Shown here: piece by piece, positions 62,173 to 64,000 of the stretch
How the letters are laid out: every line of letters begins with the position of its first letter
How positions within the stretch are numbered: the stretch's first letter is position 1
Sequence record: MK250017.1
Strand: one strand, 5' to 3'
Length of the DNA: 64,000 nt
Notes under the pieces: model-generated
Database searches by the model: none
Told to the model about the DNA's origin: nothing
What the model saw: only the letters and a program-made list of their open reading frames with translations
Made by a program: the position numbers and the translations under genes

Positions 62173-64000
62173 TCAAAGTCCAGCAACGTCAACACAGAAT
62201 GTAATATACTGAGTTTCAGGATAGAAACCTGCGTCAACAAGAGCATATCTTGATTTTATCATCAACTTAGGGGACATTGTACCCTCTGCGATAATCTGTA
62301 CAGACTCAGCCATTACGTATGGACAGAAATGAACACCTGGCTCATCTTTACCACCCTTACGACCAACAAGTACACGGTTATCAGAACCACCCATGAGAGG
62401 ATCTACATAGATTGTTAAACCGAACATTCCACCGATAGGATAAAGTGAACCACCATTCTGTGAAATTGTGTTAGCAACAGGAGAGAATGTATAGTTAGCA
62501 TTGCTCTGAAGAAGAGTTGCAATTGTAATGTTAGTTACTGCGAATGTAGCTGCACCATAACGACCTCTCTGAAGAATCCAGTTAGAAGCTGCAAGGAAGT
62601 TAACTGCTAATCTCTTAAGAAGAGTATCACGGTTTTCGAAAGCAGCACCAGAAGGAATATACATTGGTTTGTAAGGAAGTGCAACGTTTACATAGCTCTT
62701 ATAAGCAACACCAGTAGGATCATTCTGTTCTGACTGAGGAATTGCAAGAGCAGGAGTCATACGAACACCAGAAGTTGCAGTATAAGATGGGTCAAAACTC
62801 AAGTTCAAGTTAGCTGCAGGACCTTCAACCTCAACGAGCTTGTAGTGGTTCTTCCAACCAAGAGCGAACAAACGAGATGTGATATGACGGTTAATAGTTG
62901 CAGAAAGCTCATTGATACCAGCATTTTCTACCATCTTAATAACATCAATACCCCACTGTTTCTGAAGGTCTGTTACCTGTTCCTGAGTTACAGCGCAACC
63001 AACCATGATTGTACCAACCTATACATGCTTTGTAAACAACTGAAGTGAAAGTTGACGAGCCATTGTCTGCTCACCAGTACCACGACTCATTGGTTCATAA
63101 AGTGTAGTACCATCCTGATATGTACCATACCATGCATCACGATCACGTTCACCAGCACCAGTGAATCCCTGGATCTGATCCTCAAGCATTGAGATAAGAC
63201 GAGGAGCGTGAAGTGTAAGAACTACATTTACTTCTTCAGCAGAACCTACAGGAGTATAAACTGCTTCAAAATCAAGTGCACCACCGTTGAAATATGCACC
63301 GAGTGACTGTGAACCAGAAACAACCTTGAACATAGGATCACCATCAATACGAGACCAACCAACGAACTCAACAACAAGTTTGGCTGCATTATGAGCATCA
63401 TCATCAAGTGCATCCATCTTTGATACAAGAGTTGTACCAGCAGGCATTGCAGAAGCACCCTTTAACATACGCTTAATCTGTGCAGGAGAAAGCTTAACAG
63501 CAGCAGATGAATCAGTTGTAGAACCATCAACAATTGTAGCCTCGCCAGGAGCGATAGAAGCCTTGAATGCATGAGGAAGACCATACATCTCAAAAGGAGC
63601 ATTTGACTGTGAATTTGCCATAGGATTCTGAGTTTTAGCAGAATATGCAGGTGTAGCACCAAATGGCTGCTTTGAACCAGAATATACATAATCCATATAA
63701 GGAAGAACACCAGTAGGACCATCAAGTGGAGTTGTATTTACAAGTTCGAAACCGATAGTCTTAGCAGCAACCTTAAGAGCAAGAGGTAACAAAGTAGGAT
63801 ACTTATCACCAGAACCAAGGTTCTTATTATCTGCGTAGTCAGCACCAGTTAAAGCAGGTTTGCCAGCAGGAACTGGATCACCAACACCAAGTGTGTTATA
63901 AAGGTTATTATATGGTTGATATGTTCCACCGAACTGTGAATATGCATTAGATGGCATTACAAATGCATCCTCATTCAACTTAGCTGTATTATGTGCAAGC
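62173..64000 (-). CDS. Major capsid protein (T4 gp23-like), single internal TAG, 5' end beyond window
   Basis: LPLALKVAAKTIGFELV..PLDGPTG, GRYGAATFAVTN, FCPYVMA, SRYALV; two track ORFs joined by TAG at 63019 (KHV-Q-VGTIMV). Confidence 0.92.

Noticed and set aside
1021-63725. Short antisense or alternate-frame ORFs in the track (e.g. 1021-1248, 21150-21644, 35994-36365, 42874-43254, 51795-52103, 62845-63048)
   Set aside because: They overlap well-supported genes and lack motifs; shadow ORFs.
1-64000. DGR template repeat or reverse transcriptase in this window
   Set aside because: No second copy of 2981-3109 and no RT motifs noticed by eye; the DGR call rests on the target side only.

Overview
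AT-rich (about 75% AT by eye) segment of a jumbo, T4-like myophage, most consistent with a Lak-type/Bacteroidetes (Prevotella)-infecting megaphage (inference from gene content, TAnnTTTG promoters and recoding). It uses genetic code 15 (TAG=Gln). Many ORF-track fragments join in frame across TAG into single genes: major capsid protein, a 1075-aa adhesin, a 719-aa structural protein, IS607 TnpA/TnpB, LRR proteins and others. TAG falls on conserved Gln positions. Core genes: T4 gp23-like capsid, two topoisomerase II subunits, DHFR-ThyA fusion, FolD, NadR, PnuC, a TonB-dependent receptor, nucleotidyltransferases, homing-endonuclease-like genes and a methyltransferase fusion. Most interesting signals: (1) a C-type-lectin/DUF1566-like gene whose 3' end looks like a DGR variable repeat built from NNG codons with 5 TAGs; (2) a 1.5-kb ncRNA island (44.3-45.9 kb) with a tRNA-like RNA carrying a 186-nt insert, an atypical tmRNA and a ~500-nt ornate RNA with a perfect kissing loop and an embedded cloverleaf; (3) a TBDR-PnuC-NadR set suggesting nicotinamide-riboside import for NAD+ salvage; (4) a shared acidic L-x-E-x-LFDD N-terminal leader on unrelated proteins; (5) a promoter-class/genetic-code partition. 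Several stretches are masked with N, so some gene ends are uncertain. All family calls are motif recognition by eye; no searches were run.
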